Assembly (NCBI GenBank): GCA_028534125.1
Contig: CM052816.1
Location: forward strand, 98,582,001 to 98,646,000
Source of the DNA: Lama glama
Lineage: Eukaryota
Direction: 5' to 3'
DNA: 64,000 nucleotides
The translations under genes were made by a program, and so were the position numbers. The notes under the pieces are model-generated. The model did no database searches and was not told where the DNA came from. It saw nothing but the letters and a program-made list of their open reading frames with translations. Numbering within the stretch: position 1 is the first letter of the stretch; each line of letters opens with the position of its first letter. Positions 13,111 through 24,929 of the stretch are shown one piece after another.

Positions 13111-13159
13111 AGTATTAGTTCTTTGTTTTTCCAAGCATTAGTTCTTTGTTTTTCCAAGT
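13111..13159. repeat. 23-bp tandem duplication
   Basis: attagttctttgtttttccaag occurs at 13114-13135 and again at 13137-13158. Confidence 0.9.
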
Positions 13160-15498
13160 GTTCTGAATTTAATTAAGGTATAGTCTTAATACAGGAAAAT
13201 CAGAATTCAGACACGTATGGCTTGATGAATGTTGCAAAGTGATAATTACCAACAAGTCTCTTGTATCTGTGAACTGATGTCTTTCATTGGTTTTGGAAAA
13301 TTCTCAACCGTTGTCTCTTTCAGGATTGCCTCTGGTTCATTCTTGTTCTCTCGCCTTTGTGGGCACCAAACCTACAAATGACAGGCCTTTTCCTCTTGCC
13401 ACTCAGTTTCACCACTTACTCTCTCTGTGATTCAGCTGCGGTATTTTCTTTCGCCGGTTCCCCAGTTCTCTGGTGACATTCTCAACTTGGCTTTAACTTC
13501 TTGAACAGATTAAGCACAGTTGTTTCAAAGTCTGTGCCTGATCATTCCAATCTCTGCACGTCCAGAGGTTGGGCTCCTGGTTTCTCTCTGTCTGTCTTTG
13601 GTCTGGCCCTGTTTGCTTCCACCCCTGTGGCTTTACTCTGCATGTAGGACATCAGGTAGGAGAAACCAGGGACTGTGTGGGTGCTGGTTTATGGCATCGT
13701 TCTTCAGGGAATCATTCTCCCTGCAGACAGGCCGTCGGGGGTGAGGGGGCGCTGGGCTGCATTCTTCGTGGACCTGATCTATTTCTGGCTCACTCGTACT
13801 CTGCAGTGCTACCAGCTGAAGGCTTGAGGTATCTCCAAGGTCTTCTCCTTCATGCTGGGCTCTGATCTCTGGTTTCCACTGAAAGCTCTGCTCAGAGACT
13901 CAGGTGTTCGGCTAGTACAAGGGCCTTGAGAGAAAAGCGGCACCCTCCTCAGGGTTTCCTCGGTGCCTCCCCTTCCTTCTGGGGCCCTGGTCCTCGAGTC
14001 CTTGCTGCCTTGGGAGTTCCGCAATGGCTACAAACAGGCGGGCCTTTTCTCTTTACGTTGCGTTCCCTTTTCCTGTTGTTACCGGTGGACAGTTCAGTCT
14101 GCGTGATCTCATCTTTCGTTACAGGAAATAGGAGTCCTTCCTTAACTGCTTACAGCATTTCACATGGGTTTTATAAGCCTCCACAGCCCATTAGCATGGC
14201 AGATGCCTGGAAAGACACGGTTCACCGGCCAGCGCCCACAGACGTGACGTCTGATGGTGCAGTGCATTAATTACATCCTTCCAAGTAACTTCCTTAACAA
14301 AGTTTTTTCCTGCCTCCTTTTGTGTCAGGAAGGGCCTAAAGAGTTAATTTTTTACAAAACTAAGAAATCTCTCTCAGGGTTCTTCAAAATTGTTCATCTT
14401 TCATTAAAGCATACCAGATTATTTAATTATAAGTTTCAAGTAGTGGTTGGGACAGAATAAGGAGTTTCAGGATGTACAACATAACCTCAAACCTAATAAT
14501 GCATTTTTAGGAGGAAAAAAAACATTTTAATTGAGAAAGCAAGATGACAGACCAGAGAAATGTAATCAAGCAAGTCAATCTTCAGAACCTCTTTTATTAG
14601 CCGTTTCCTCTCTAGATTCAGTTCGGAGAATGAGAGTCGGTGATGAGTTTGAATGGAAGACTGGCTGGAGTCAACCAGCACAGCCCTGGCTCCAGGTCTG
14701 CCCTCGGGACCCCCTCAAGCCACCTGCTCCTGAGGGCTGGCGTCCCGGGGGGCACGGAGGCCAGGAGGGCAGCTCGCTGTGCCAGGTGGAGATGGGCCGC
14801 GAGGACCTGCCTCTACAGGAATGAACAGACGTGGAAAACTACAAGTTCTGTGCCTAAGAGTATTTTAGCTCACTCAGGAAACATGCTCCCTGAAACTAAT
14901 TCATCTCATGTGCCAAAGATAACTCACTGGCACCGTGCTGAGAAAGCCTCTGAGGCTGAATCAGGGTCAGCGACAAAGGGGGTGACCACAGGAGCGGTAC
15001 CAGCCACAAGCTTGAGGGGGGCAAGGCCGTGCAGGTGCTGTGAATCTGCCTCTTCTCTCATCAAACGTGCACGATGACAGTCACCCTACACATCGCTGTG
15101 GTACGTCGGGGAACATCATCATGTAGGGAAGACAGGTATCATAAATCCCATTTTACATGAATGGGATGCAACAGGATTTAACCACATAATTCATAATCCA
15201 CATAACTTAGTCCATAGTCCACAGCTCCTTACTTACCATCACGTTTATTCCTATTCCATCTTCCCACAGCTGGAAGGAAGGCAGTCAGTACTCGCGGACC
15301 AGAGCATCACGTAAGAAAGGGGACTATGCAGTAATGCTCATAGCATTGCTCTCAAAGGACGCAACAAATACTCCCTGAAGAGCAGCAAACAATTCTGTCC
15401 ATTCATGTCAAAAAATTAAACAGAACATAAATAAAAGATAAAAATCATCAATGATCATGAATAAAGTCTTTTTATATTAAAATGAAACAACGTAAGTA

Positions 15499-15705
15499 CA
15501 GTGGACCCTTGAACAACATGGGTTTGAACTTATATACAGCTTTCCTTCAGTAAATAACCTGCCATAGCACCACAAAACCCGTGAATGGTTGAATCTGCAA
15601 ACGCAGAACTTTGTACACAGAGGGCCGACTGCAAAGCTATACATGAACTTTCTACTGCGCTGGGAGTCAATGCCTCTGGCCCCCGTGTTGTTCAAAGGCC
15701 AACTG
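15499..15705 (+). mobile_element. Tigger2-derived MITE (TcMar), 207 bp
   Basis: TIRs cagtggacccttgaacaaca ... tgttgttcaaaggccaactg, flanked by a TA target duplication (15497-15498 and 15706-15707). Confidence 0.88.
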
Positions 15706-16619
15706 TAGTTGATGCTGCAAACACATAAGGAAATATAAAAGGTGTCTTCGTGATGGAAAACGTTCACTGCTAATTTTTGTACATACCCCAAAACAAGGCA
15801 GGAAAAGAGCAGTTTAACTAAATTAAAAATACATATTTGGGCCACATGCTAAACACATAGAATATACTAGAATATAATCCAGTATGGGTTAGATTATTGT
15901 ATAAATAATCATAATCCAAGACAGGATATAATATTTGCCATTGGAGAAACATAAAGAAAACATAATGGGACACCGCTGAGTCAGGAGATTAGGAAATAAT
16001 CATTCAGCATGACGATTGAATGAAGCACATTTTTGTAAGTATACAAAATTTCTTCCAAATTTAAGAAAGCAAAAAAAAAAAGAGAAGGGGGGAAAGGGAT
16101 TCTTTCAGTTTTATGGTTTGACTCTGATTCTGTATGTTTTTCTTTTACCTTTTATCCTCAGGTGGGTTGGGGCAAACCCAGTCTACGATGTATCCACGTC
16201 CATCTCCTAGAAGCCTTCTGGGGCTGTATATAACAAGCATTCGCTCATAAGCCCATTTTACTCTCAGGACTCACAGTGTGGATTTTAATTTCTACCTATA
16301 AATCTTCAAAGTTTACTAAAAGAGAAAATGGGTTTCTACAAATGAATCACAGAAACCAAGAATTTGATGTCATTCCTCTTATTTTTAAATAGAAATGTTT
16401 TAGACTCTCCAGCATGGACTTCCACCCACCTCATTCCTTAGCACTCCTGGAAACAAGGTCGGAGAGCCCTCTGCGTCCAGTGTTTGGCTCCTCCTGAGGC
16501 TGAACAAGTCCCCTGCAGGCGGGGGGAGGGGGGCTTTGGCTGCATTATTAATTTCTAACGTCTGGGACACATGGACACTCTTAGCAGTGACATTCCTTCT
16601 GTCCACTTATGCTTGGTGC

Positions 16620-17170
16620 TTAGGTCCTTGTAGGCAAAAGAGGAAAGTTCACAACTTCTTTGACACTCTTCCTATCTAGGGGCTGAGTCTGTATCTCCTC
16701 CCCTTAAGCCAGGGCAGGCTTGTGCCTGCCTCAGTCAAGCAATGCAGGGGGAGAGACACTGTGTCTTCTGGAGCGAGGCCAAAAAAGCCATGCTGCTTCC
16801 ATGTGGTCTCCAGGAACACTCTCTTGGAGTGCTCCTTCTCAGAACCCAGCCCCATGCAGTAAAACCTGAGCCAGGGGCCTGAGCCAGGCCATGTGCAGGT
16901 GCTCCTCTCAACTGTCCCAGCAGAGCCCAACCTTCAAGCCAGCCCAGCCCAGGCAGGCAGCAAGTGTCTGGGTGAGAAAGCTTCCAGATGGTTCCAGTCC
17001 CCAGCCTCGGGTCAGCCCAGACACATAAGTCTTTCCAAATGAGAGCCCAGACCTCCCTCCTGTGTTCTACACAATTTCCTAACCCACAGGATCTGTGGAC
17101 CTAATAAAATAATTGCTGTTTTACCCCACAAAGCTTGAGATTGTTTGTTACGTGGCACTTAACCAGTATA
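16620..17170 (+). mobile_element. Older MaLR LTR (MLT1F/G/H-like)
   Basis: aaaaagccatgctgcttccat...agaacccagccccatgcag...aatttcctaacccacagga...aataaaataattgctgttt...ttgtttgttac. Confidence 0.65.
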
Positions 17171-17796
17171 CCCACCATTACCTCTGCCCACATCACTCAA
17201 ACTTGTCCTGGGTGCCACCTCTCAATCCATTTCTATCCTGAATTCTCTGTCAGTCCTCATGCAAATTTTCCATCTTAACACTCACCCAATTTTACACTCC
17301 TGTTTTTCTCATTGTAATATTTTCCTGTATTTACTTCCATTTTTAAAACCCTTTAACTATTTTGAGATGTTTCCATTCTTTTCCATCTGGAGTAATTATG
17401 GATAATGCCATCACAAATATTTGTATGAGATTTTATGCTTGAGTTTCAGATTTGTTTTAAAGGGTAGATTTTCAGAAGGTCAATTACTGAGTTAAAGAGG
17501 ATGAATGACTTTAGGCTCTGGAGGCATACTGGCAAATCTATTTTCAGAGTTGGACAATTTAGTTTCAGCAACAAAACATGAACATGTCTGTGCCACTGTA
17601 CCCTGTCCAGGTAAGTCAAGTTTTATAATTAAGAAAAGTACTCATGTAAATCATAAAATTTACGGTTTTACTTATCACACATTCATGGATAGGTGGAATG
17701 ACAAAGACACCTAGAATCACAGGCAGGTTACAGCGTGAGATCCCAAAATAGACAAAATATGACTTAGAAGAAGAAAGAGAAAAAATGCAAAAGGAA

Positions 17797-18001
17797 GGGG
17801 GAAAGGTATAGCTCAAGCGGTAGAGTGCATGCTCAGCCTGCGTGGAGTCCTGGGCTTAATCGTCAGTCCCTTCATTAAAGGAAAAAAATAAGTAAACCTG
17901 GTCACCTCCCCCCACGAAAAATAAGTAATTAATTAATTAAAAATAAAAGGACATAATGAAACATGAAAAATGACAATAAAATTAAAAAGATTTTTAAAAA
18001 A
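17797..18001 (+). mobile_element. tRNA-derived SINE (camelid Vic-1-like)
   Basis: Head gggggaaaggtatagctcaagcggtagagtgcatgctcagc..., A-rich tail, and exact TSD gcaaaaggaa at 17787-17796 and 18002-18011. Confidence 0.88.
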
Positions 18002-19389
18002 GCAAAAGGAATGGTTGTGAAACCCACAGAAGGAGAGAGAGAAACAAAGAGCCAAAAAGAGATGGAGGAATGTGGCAGAAGGGACACTCAGACCATGGCA
18101 AAGCCCAGATGCACAGAAAGAGAGAGACAGAGAGAGGGCGCACTCGAGCCAACAAGAGAGGTAACGCCAAGCGGCCGCGGGATCATTGTGCCCAGCAGCC
18201 GCTGAGGCTCCGCCCAAGCTCCCTGCGGGTTGGGTAGCGAGGAGTTCTCGCCGGGGTCTTCAGGACAGCTGTGTCTGAGGAGTAGACCACGGTATCGGAC
18301 AGACCCAAACAAGAGTCACTAAGAGAATGAGGGAAAAACACTCTCTGCAAGGGGCAGCCCTAAGAGAGAACGTTCGCCTTGCTTACCATCCCACACTTTC
18401 CTCCGAGAGTAGCAGGATGAGAAAACACAAGCTTTAGGTAAATAGCATTAGGGGAAAAAATTACAAAAAATATTTGGAAGGGGCGGAAATTCAGCCAAGC
18501 AGATTCAAACACCCTTAGCATCATTTTCTGAAACAATTAACATTTCATCTTCTCTCGGGTAAAAGTCACTTCCATCACTAAGAAATGTGTAAGAACATTC
18601 ACAGCAGCACTTTCAAGAGTGTGTTCCCTGAAATTGTACTGTATAATGACCAGCTCACTGCACTGTTTTATTTTTTCCCAGATACCAAGGACTTGTGATA
18701 AAAACATCTGGTCTGGGGGAGCTTGTTTTTGGCAGCAGTACATTTTGTACATAAATATCAGCTTAAAAATGCATCGCACAATTGCAGCTGGTATCATTGG
18801 CTACCCAGTTTTCCAAGAACAATGCGAGATAAACCACCAATTAAGTCTTCTAAACAAGAGGAGAACCACAGATAAAATAATCAGCTTCGCTCAAGCTCTG
18901 TTCTGGGCTGGCCTCAAGGACCCATGTAATTTAGGACACTGAAGGCTGCTGGACCTGCAGAAAGACACAGATCTTCCCCCGGTCACACTCCAGCACTTGG
19001 CACACACAGGTCACATATACCAACAAGGGAGCATTGTGTTTTCCGCTTAGCCAGGAAACGGGCAAACTGAGAACTCTGGTTTGTAGCACAAGCCCTATTT
19101 CCATGGCAGGTGTGAGCAGTTGTGCTTGTGCACTGACCTGCGCTAGGTGAAGGTGATGTCCATGAATTACCGCATTTCATGAGCACAACAATTCTGACAA
19201 AACTATTAATATTTCCATGATTTTCAAAGCCCTGGTCCTGAATAAATCCAACTGTTTGCCTATGTGGGGGTAGCTCAATGCTGGGGGAGGAATTATACAA
19301 TTGCCACATGATTTGATTTCAAATCAATGTTCTCCTGGCACACCTGGGCCCTCAGACGCCACCGCACCCAAGGCCTCAGACCACATCAG

Positions 19390-19701
19390 ATGAAAACTGA
19401 CTGCAAGCGTGTAGACCTCAGACTGGTTGAAACCAGAAGATTGGTGATGCTCAAAACAACCTTTATGCCAACCAGTCCAAGAATTGTGCCAGAGCTGGTC
19501 ATGTACCTGGCAGCCCTCCCTCATATGGCCCTTAAAAACCCCTCCCTGAAAGCCATCAGAGAGTTTGGGTCTCTTGAGCTGAGTTTTCCATTCTCCTTGC
19601 TCGGCCCTGCAATAAAGGCTGTACTTTCCTTCACACCCTGGTGTCAGTAGATTGGCTTTACTGCACACGGGCGAGCAGACCCAAGTCCAGTTTCGGTAAC
19701 A
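19390..19701 (+). mobile_element. ERV1-type LTR (5' boundary uncertain)
   Basis: TATA-like cttaaaaa at about 19532, AATAAA at 19611-19616, and U5 ending gacccaagtccagtttcggtaaca. Confidence 0.7.
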
Positions 19702-19782
19702 TGGCCACCCCCCATGCAAAGGAGACTAGAAAATACCCTTTCTTACTTGGGTCATTGTTGCTCCAGAATGAGGGTCCCGTGA

Positions 19783-20270
19783 GTGTCTGAGTTTCCCATT
19801 GCTGCTGTGAAAAAATTAACGCAAGTTTGAGGCTTGAAACAATACCCATTCCTTCCCCTATGGTTCTAAGGGTCAAGTCTGACTTGCATCTTAGTGGGCT
19901 CCAAACAGGGGGCAGGCAGGGCTGCATCCTCCCTGGAAGGTGAGGGGAGAATGTTTCCCTGCCTTTCCCAGCTCCCAGAAGCTGCCTGCATTCCCTGGTT
20001 TGTGGCTTCCTCCAACCTTGAAGCCAGCAAAACTCAAGCAAGTCTTTCCTGAAGTTTTGTAGCCCTGGTTCTCCCTCGTCTGCCTCCCTTGTCTGCTGTT
20101 AAGGACCCTGAGATTACTTTGGTTCCATCTTGATAATCCAGCATCTCAAGATTAATTAAGGAATGAGCAGCTTTAATTCCCCTCCTCCATGTACGGTGAC
20201 ATAGTCACAGGCTCCAGGAATTAAGGTCTGGATACTTTTGGGGGGGGAGGTCATTTTTCCACCTGACACA
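19783..20270 (-). mobile_element. MaLR LTR (MLT1D-like)
   Basis: tttcccattgctgctgtga...ggcaggggctgcatcc...ttccctgcctttcccagct...catagtcacaggctccaggaattaagg...tttccacctgacaca. Confidence 0.8.
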
Positions 20271-20674
20271 GTTGGAAGGGAAGAAAAGAAAGTAGGTATT
20301 GAGTGGGCCACCAGCGGCATCCACCAGTGGGGTGATAACATGTAACCTTGCAGGAGAAAGTTCAATTAAAATAACGCCATGTCCCTCTTTCAAAAGGATT
20401 ATAATATCAAGAAATTTAAGAAACAGCCCTTAAGGATGTGGGTTTTAGAATGACATTAGGAGACTGAGGCTCAGGAAGTTTGAGCATCCTGCCCTTGGCT
20501 GTTGAGCAGCACAGCTGGGGTCTGAAGTCAGGGGTCAGGGGTCAAGGGTCAGGGAAGTGGGAACCAGAGCCTGGGTCTGTTTCTCCCTCACCAGCCATGG
20601 CCCCCTGCCTGTGCCACACTGCCTGCGCAGACTTGACCGTGATTAGAGGTGGCAGGATTCCCTGGGAGCTTGTG

Positions 20675-20875
20675 TACAAGGTGGAGACATTTTCTGGAAG
20701 GGACCAGAAGCTCGTTATTTAGGCTTTCGGGCTGTAAGTGCTCTGTTACAGCTGCCAGAGTCTGCCATTGAAGTGCAGGAACAGTTACCGACAGTGTGAA
20801 AACCAGCGGGCCTGGTGGCTGAGCAGAGGGTGGACCAGGCGTGGCCCAGGGCAGAGACCCCCGAGCCCTGGTCCA
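20675..20875 (+). mobile_element. hAT-Charlie MITE (MER58A-like)
   Basis: ttttctggaagggaccaga...atttaggctttcgggc...ctctgttacagct...tctgccattgaagtgcagg resembles MER58A as I recall it. Confidence 0.6.
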
Positions 20876-21049
20876 GGTGACGGCAGGGCTGCGGTGTTTG
20901 ATGAAACCACCTTGAACACGGGGTTGGTCAGCGCTGAATCATTGCTCCCGGGGAAACGGGGTCAGGTTCCTGGGCCTCTGGCCACACATTTTTGTCAACT
21001 CATCAACACATAACATGGTTTTAGGTGTCTCTGTTCAAAGGCGCTGGTT

Positions 21050-21482
21050 TAATATGGAGTTGAGTGCTTGACGCTGAACTCACGCCAGCATCTCTGTAAC
21101 TGGCGCCTGAACGAAGCTCACCTGACACGTGATTTTCTCCGTAAGGCACACCCGGCCTCCCTGCACTCTGCACACCGGACAGCGCATCAGCAAGAGGCTT
21201 GAGGGCAATCTCAACCTGCAAAATCGTCAACGAGAAGCACACCAACAAGAAACACGGGTCACTGCATAGACGGTGAAAAGGACGCTCGCTTCCAGGGTGA
21301 GAGCTGGGACCGGGAGGCAGGACCACTTGTTCCCCTCGGCAGGGGACGTGTGTCGGGACCACGTCTGCCAGTGACCATGAAGGCACTGAGAGTGCAGTGC
21401 TATTTGGGAGTGCAGATAAATGTTAGCAGGTGGATCCACACATACAGAATTGAACCCACAAATACTGAAGACCAGCTGCATA
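21050..21482 (-). mobile_element. TcMar-Tigger family DNA transposon relic (subfamily uncertain)
   Basis: attttctccgtaaggcaca...gagagctggga...cagaattgaacccacaaatactgaagaccagctg end resembles Tigger-derived elements. Confidence 0.5.
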
Positions 21483-22504
21483 TAATGATGGTAACTTGGT
21501 TACTGTAGCTACGAGAGACATCGTGTTTGAAATGTTTAGTGACTCAATGGCACTGCCATCACCAGGGAGAATGGACCCGCCCTGAGCAGCTGTAGGACAC
21601 ATGAGAGCTTCCGGCAGCCGAATACCAGCCTCCCCACCAGAAAGGGTCTTGTCGATGGGTGAGGTCGGCTGGGCCCCGTCCACAGCCTTCCATCAGGATC
21701 CCTGATGGGGATCTAGAGGCCTGCTGATCAGTGTATTGATGGCGCTGTGCTCAGAGGAATAGCATGTGGGTACCACACTGTCCACAGGACTGGGGTCCTA
21801 AAAGCCCTGTCCAGGCTGGAGCAGTGACTCAGGTGACGGGTGTGAAGTCTGGTGCTGGCACGGGGCCCGAGAAGGGGAGGGAGGGACCTCACACATGTGA
21901 CCCCAACGAGTGACCGAGCTCGAGGCTGTCAAGAGGAGCTTCTGAGATCTGGGGACACAGAAGGAAGAGCTCAATACAGCCCGAGGGGCCGGGGGAGCAG
22001 GGCTGCCTGTGTCATGTGGGTGTGGGCCAGGTAAGGTGGACAAAGCCCCCTGCCCCGAGCTGTTCCCCTTACCTGGGGCATCTGGGGTTCCAGTCACACT
22101 CGAGCAGTTAACTCCACGGTGACTGTGAGGAGCCGACATTCACCCACTGCTGAATTCACTCTAGAGTAACTGCCCTCGGCTGGAAGAGGCACCATGGGGT
22201 TAAAAAGCCCCCAGCCCCCAGGAAAAGAGACTGTGGTTAACAGTTTTGCAGCTGACCACTATTTTTCATGGAGGAAATAATGAACAGGTACCCCATGAAG
22301 AATGAGGTGGTGAGCAGCGCAGCACCCCATTTCAGGGAATCTGGACCCAGAAATATGAATGCCCTGTCCCCGAAGATGCCAGCTGGAAGGGACCCTCATC
22401 CATCACTTCAGGAATGCGTTCTTCCAAATAAATGACCTTTCACACTGGGCCACCTGCTCCTCTGACTCAGGATGCTGGGCTGGTGCAGAGGGAGGTACAG
22501 CAGG

Positions 22505-23165
22505 TGTGTCAGTCTGGGTTCTTCAGAGACACGGAGGACATGTTCGTCACGGACATGAGGTTCTGGGTCTCTGGGGAGTAGCGATATGGCGAAAGGATAG
22601 ACAGACAGACAGACAAGTAGGATTGTAGCCACAGTCTGAGTATTTCCTTGGACATGAGGGTATACAGGGATCTCTACATCAATGTCTATGTATCTCCACA
22701 CACCCACACATCACCTCTCTCTATATCTATGTACAGATAAAGATATAGAGAGACAGAGAGAGAGATTTATTTTAAGGAATTGTCTAACACGACTGTGGGG
22801 GCCAGGAAGTCTGAAGTCCATGGAGTGGGCTAGGAATTCAGCTTGCTGAGAGTTGATGCTGCAGTCTTGAGTCTGAATCCCAGAGGGTAGCAGGCTGGAA
22901 GGCAAGGCAGGGTTTCTATGTTGCCATCTTGAGGCTGAATTTCTTCTTCTTTGGGAAACTTTGGTCTTTGCTCTGAGAGCCTTCAACTGATTGGATGAGG
23001 CCCACCCACATCTTTAAGGGGAACTTCCTCTATTTAAAGTCAATTCATCGTAGATGTTAATCACATCTAGAAAGTACCTCCACAGCAACATGTAGATGGG
23101 TGTTTGTCCAAAGAACAGGGCAGCCCAGCCTAGCCAAGGTGACACCTAAAGTTGACAATGGCAGC
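22505..23165 (-). mobile_element. ERVL LTR (MLT2D-like) with an internal simple repeat
   Basis: gggttcttcagaga...agagatttattttaaggaattg...ccttcaactgattggatgaggcccaccca...cctagccaaggtgacacctaaagtt. Confidence 0.85.
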
Positions 23166-23469
23166 TGGTGGATATTCCCTTCTCTCTGGAACTCCAGAGG
23201 GAGAGAATTGTCATGTTCCCCCAGAAAGCAGCTATGCTGCTGGGTCCCTTGCCTCGCTGTCCCTGAACCAGAGGGAGCACGGAGGTGGGCACCTGCAGAG
23301 GGCAGAGGCTCCGAGGGAGGAGCAGAAGGAGCTGGTCGTTGCGGTGATGTTCTCAAGATCCGTTCTTTTTCTTCCCTCTAGAAATTTCCATGTGAAGGAA
23401 ACTTCAAGTATCAGCTCTGCTCTTTCAGCCCGGGGGTGGCAGCATTACCCTAACGCACACAAGGAAAGG

Positions 23470-24530
23470 TGTTTTTGAATACAACTCACACACACTGAAA
23501 TGCTCAGATAGCAAGTGGACTAGTCCGTGAGGTTCTGTGAAGAGGCACAGAGCACTGTCAACAGCAGACGCTTGTCTCTTCTCCTCCTCCCACCCAGAAG
23601 CAAGCGCTCATCTGACTTCTATCACTGTGGGTCTCTTTTGCTTATTCCAGACATTTATTCCTACTGAATTATACAGTGTGTCTTTTTGTGTTTGCTTATT
23701 ACATTCAGCCTGTTATTCTGAGACTTAACATGTAGTGCGTGTGCATCAGTAATTTATTCTTTTTTTTTCTTTTCACTGAGCAATTTTCGACTGTATGAAC
23801 AAGCATAGTTTATCCATTCTGTTGATCAACAGTCCAGATTTGACTATTATAAACGTCTTACAGAAGTCTCTGTGTGGACATACACATTTATTTTGGACAA
23901 ATACCTAAGTGGAATGAAATTACTGGGTCAGCAGATAAGTAGATTTAACACTCCAAGAAACCGACACTTTGCCGAGTGGTCGTTCCATTTCACACTCCCC
24001 CCAGCAACACGTGAGGGTCCGGCTGCCCCAGGGCTCTCCAGCACTTGCTCCGGTCAAGTTTGGATACTCTGGTAGAGAATGTAGTAACTCCTCACTGGGT
24101 TTTTAATATGTATTTTCTTGATGATTAATGAAGTTGAGCAGTATTTCATGTGCTTGCTGACTGTTTATGTGTCTTCTTTTGTGACGTACTTGTGTGCCTT
24201 TGCCCCAAATTGGGCTGTCTTCTTGTTATTGAGTTTCAGGAGTTCTTTATATATTCTGGATACAAATACTTTGCTTTATGAACACATTCTCACAGTCTGT
24301 GACTTGTCTTTATTTTATTGATAATGTTTTGTGGTCCTTTATCACCTTTTTGTATTGGATGAAGTCTAATCTATCATTTTTGATTTTATGATCATATCTT
24401 TGCCTCACAAGAAAGCTTTTCTTGCCTCAAGGTCACAGATACATTCTTCTATGTATTTTTTATTTTAGTCTCTACATTTAGGTCTACAGTTTTATCTCAA
24501 ATAGGTTTTCATTTTGAGTGAATTAGTGAC
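23470..24530 (-). mobile_element. Old L1M fragments (antisense)
   Basis: atacctaagtggaatgaaattactgggtca...ttgatgattaatgaagttgagca...gagttctttatatattctggatac...gaagtctaatctatcatt. Confidence 0.75.
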
Positions 24531-24929
24531 TGAGTTTTTTTTTATTTTTAATGAAACTCAAACAAGCACATTTTAAAACCTGGCTTACAGGGTATTAATA
24601 TAGGGCAACAATATAATCTTTCCTCAGTTTGATTCTTCACACAAGTTTTGACAACTGGCTTTGATACACCTGGGAGCACTGGATGACCTCACAAGATGCA
24701 ACTCCTCATCTTGCATTTTAAGCTCCTCTGCAGCAGGAGCAAGGCCACTCTGACTTTCCAACCATGTTCGTTTATCACTGTCCATCTCCTGCCGTCAGAT
24801 CAGCACTTCTTTTCACCCCTCCTGTGTGCGGCGTAGCAGGTGTGACAGTCTCCAGATGCCATTACCTCCCTTGGTTTCTTTCCCTCCCTACTCTTTAAAA
24901 TTTTGGAATTTACTATTCAAAGATATACA

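Noticed and set aside
16120..16165. Strong-looking plus-strand acceptor (polypyrimidine tract plus cag|G)
   Set aside because: I found no convincing downstream donor or reading frame, and such tracts are common.
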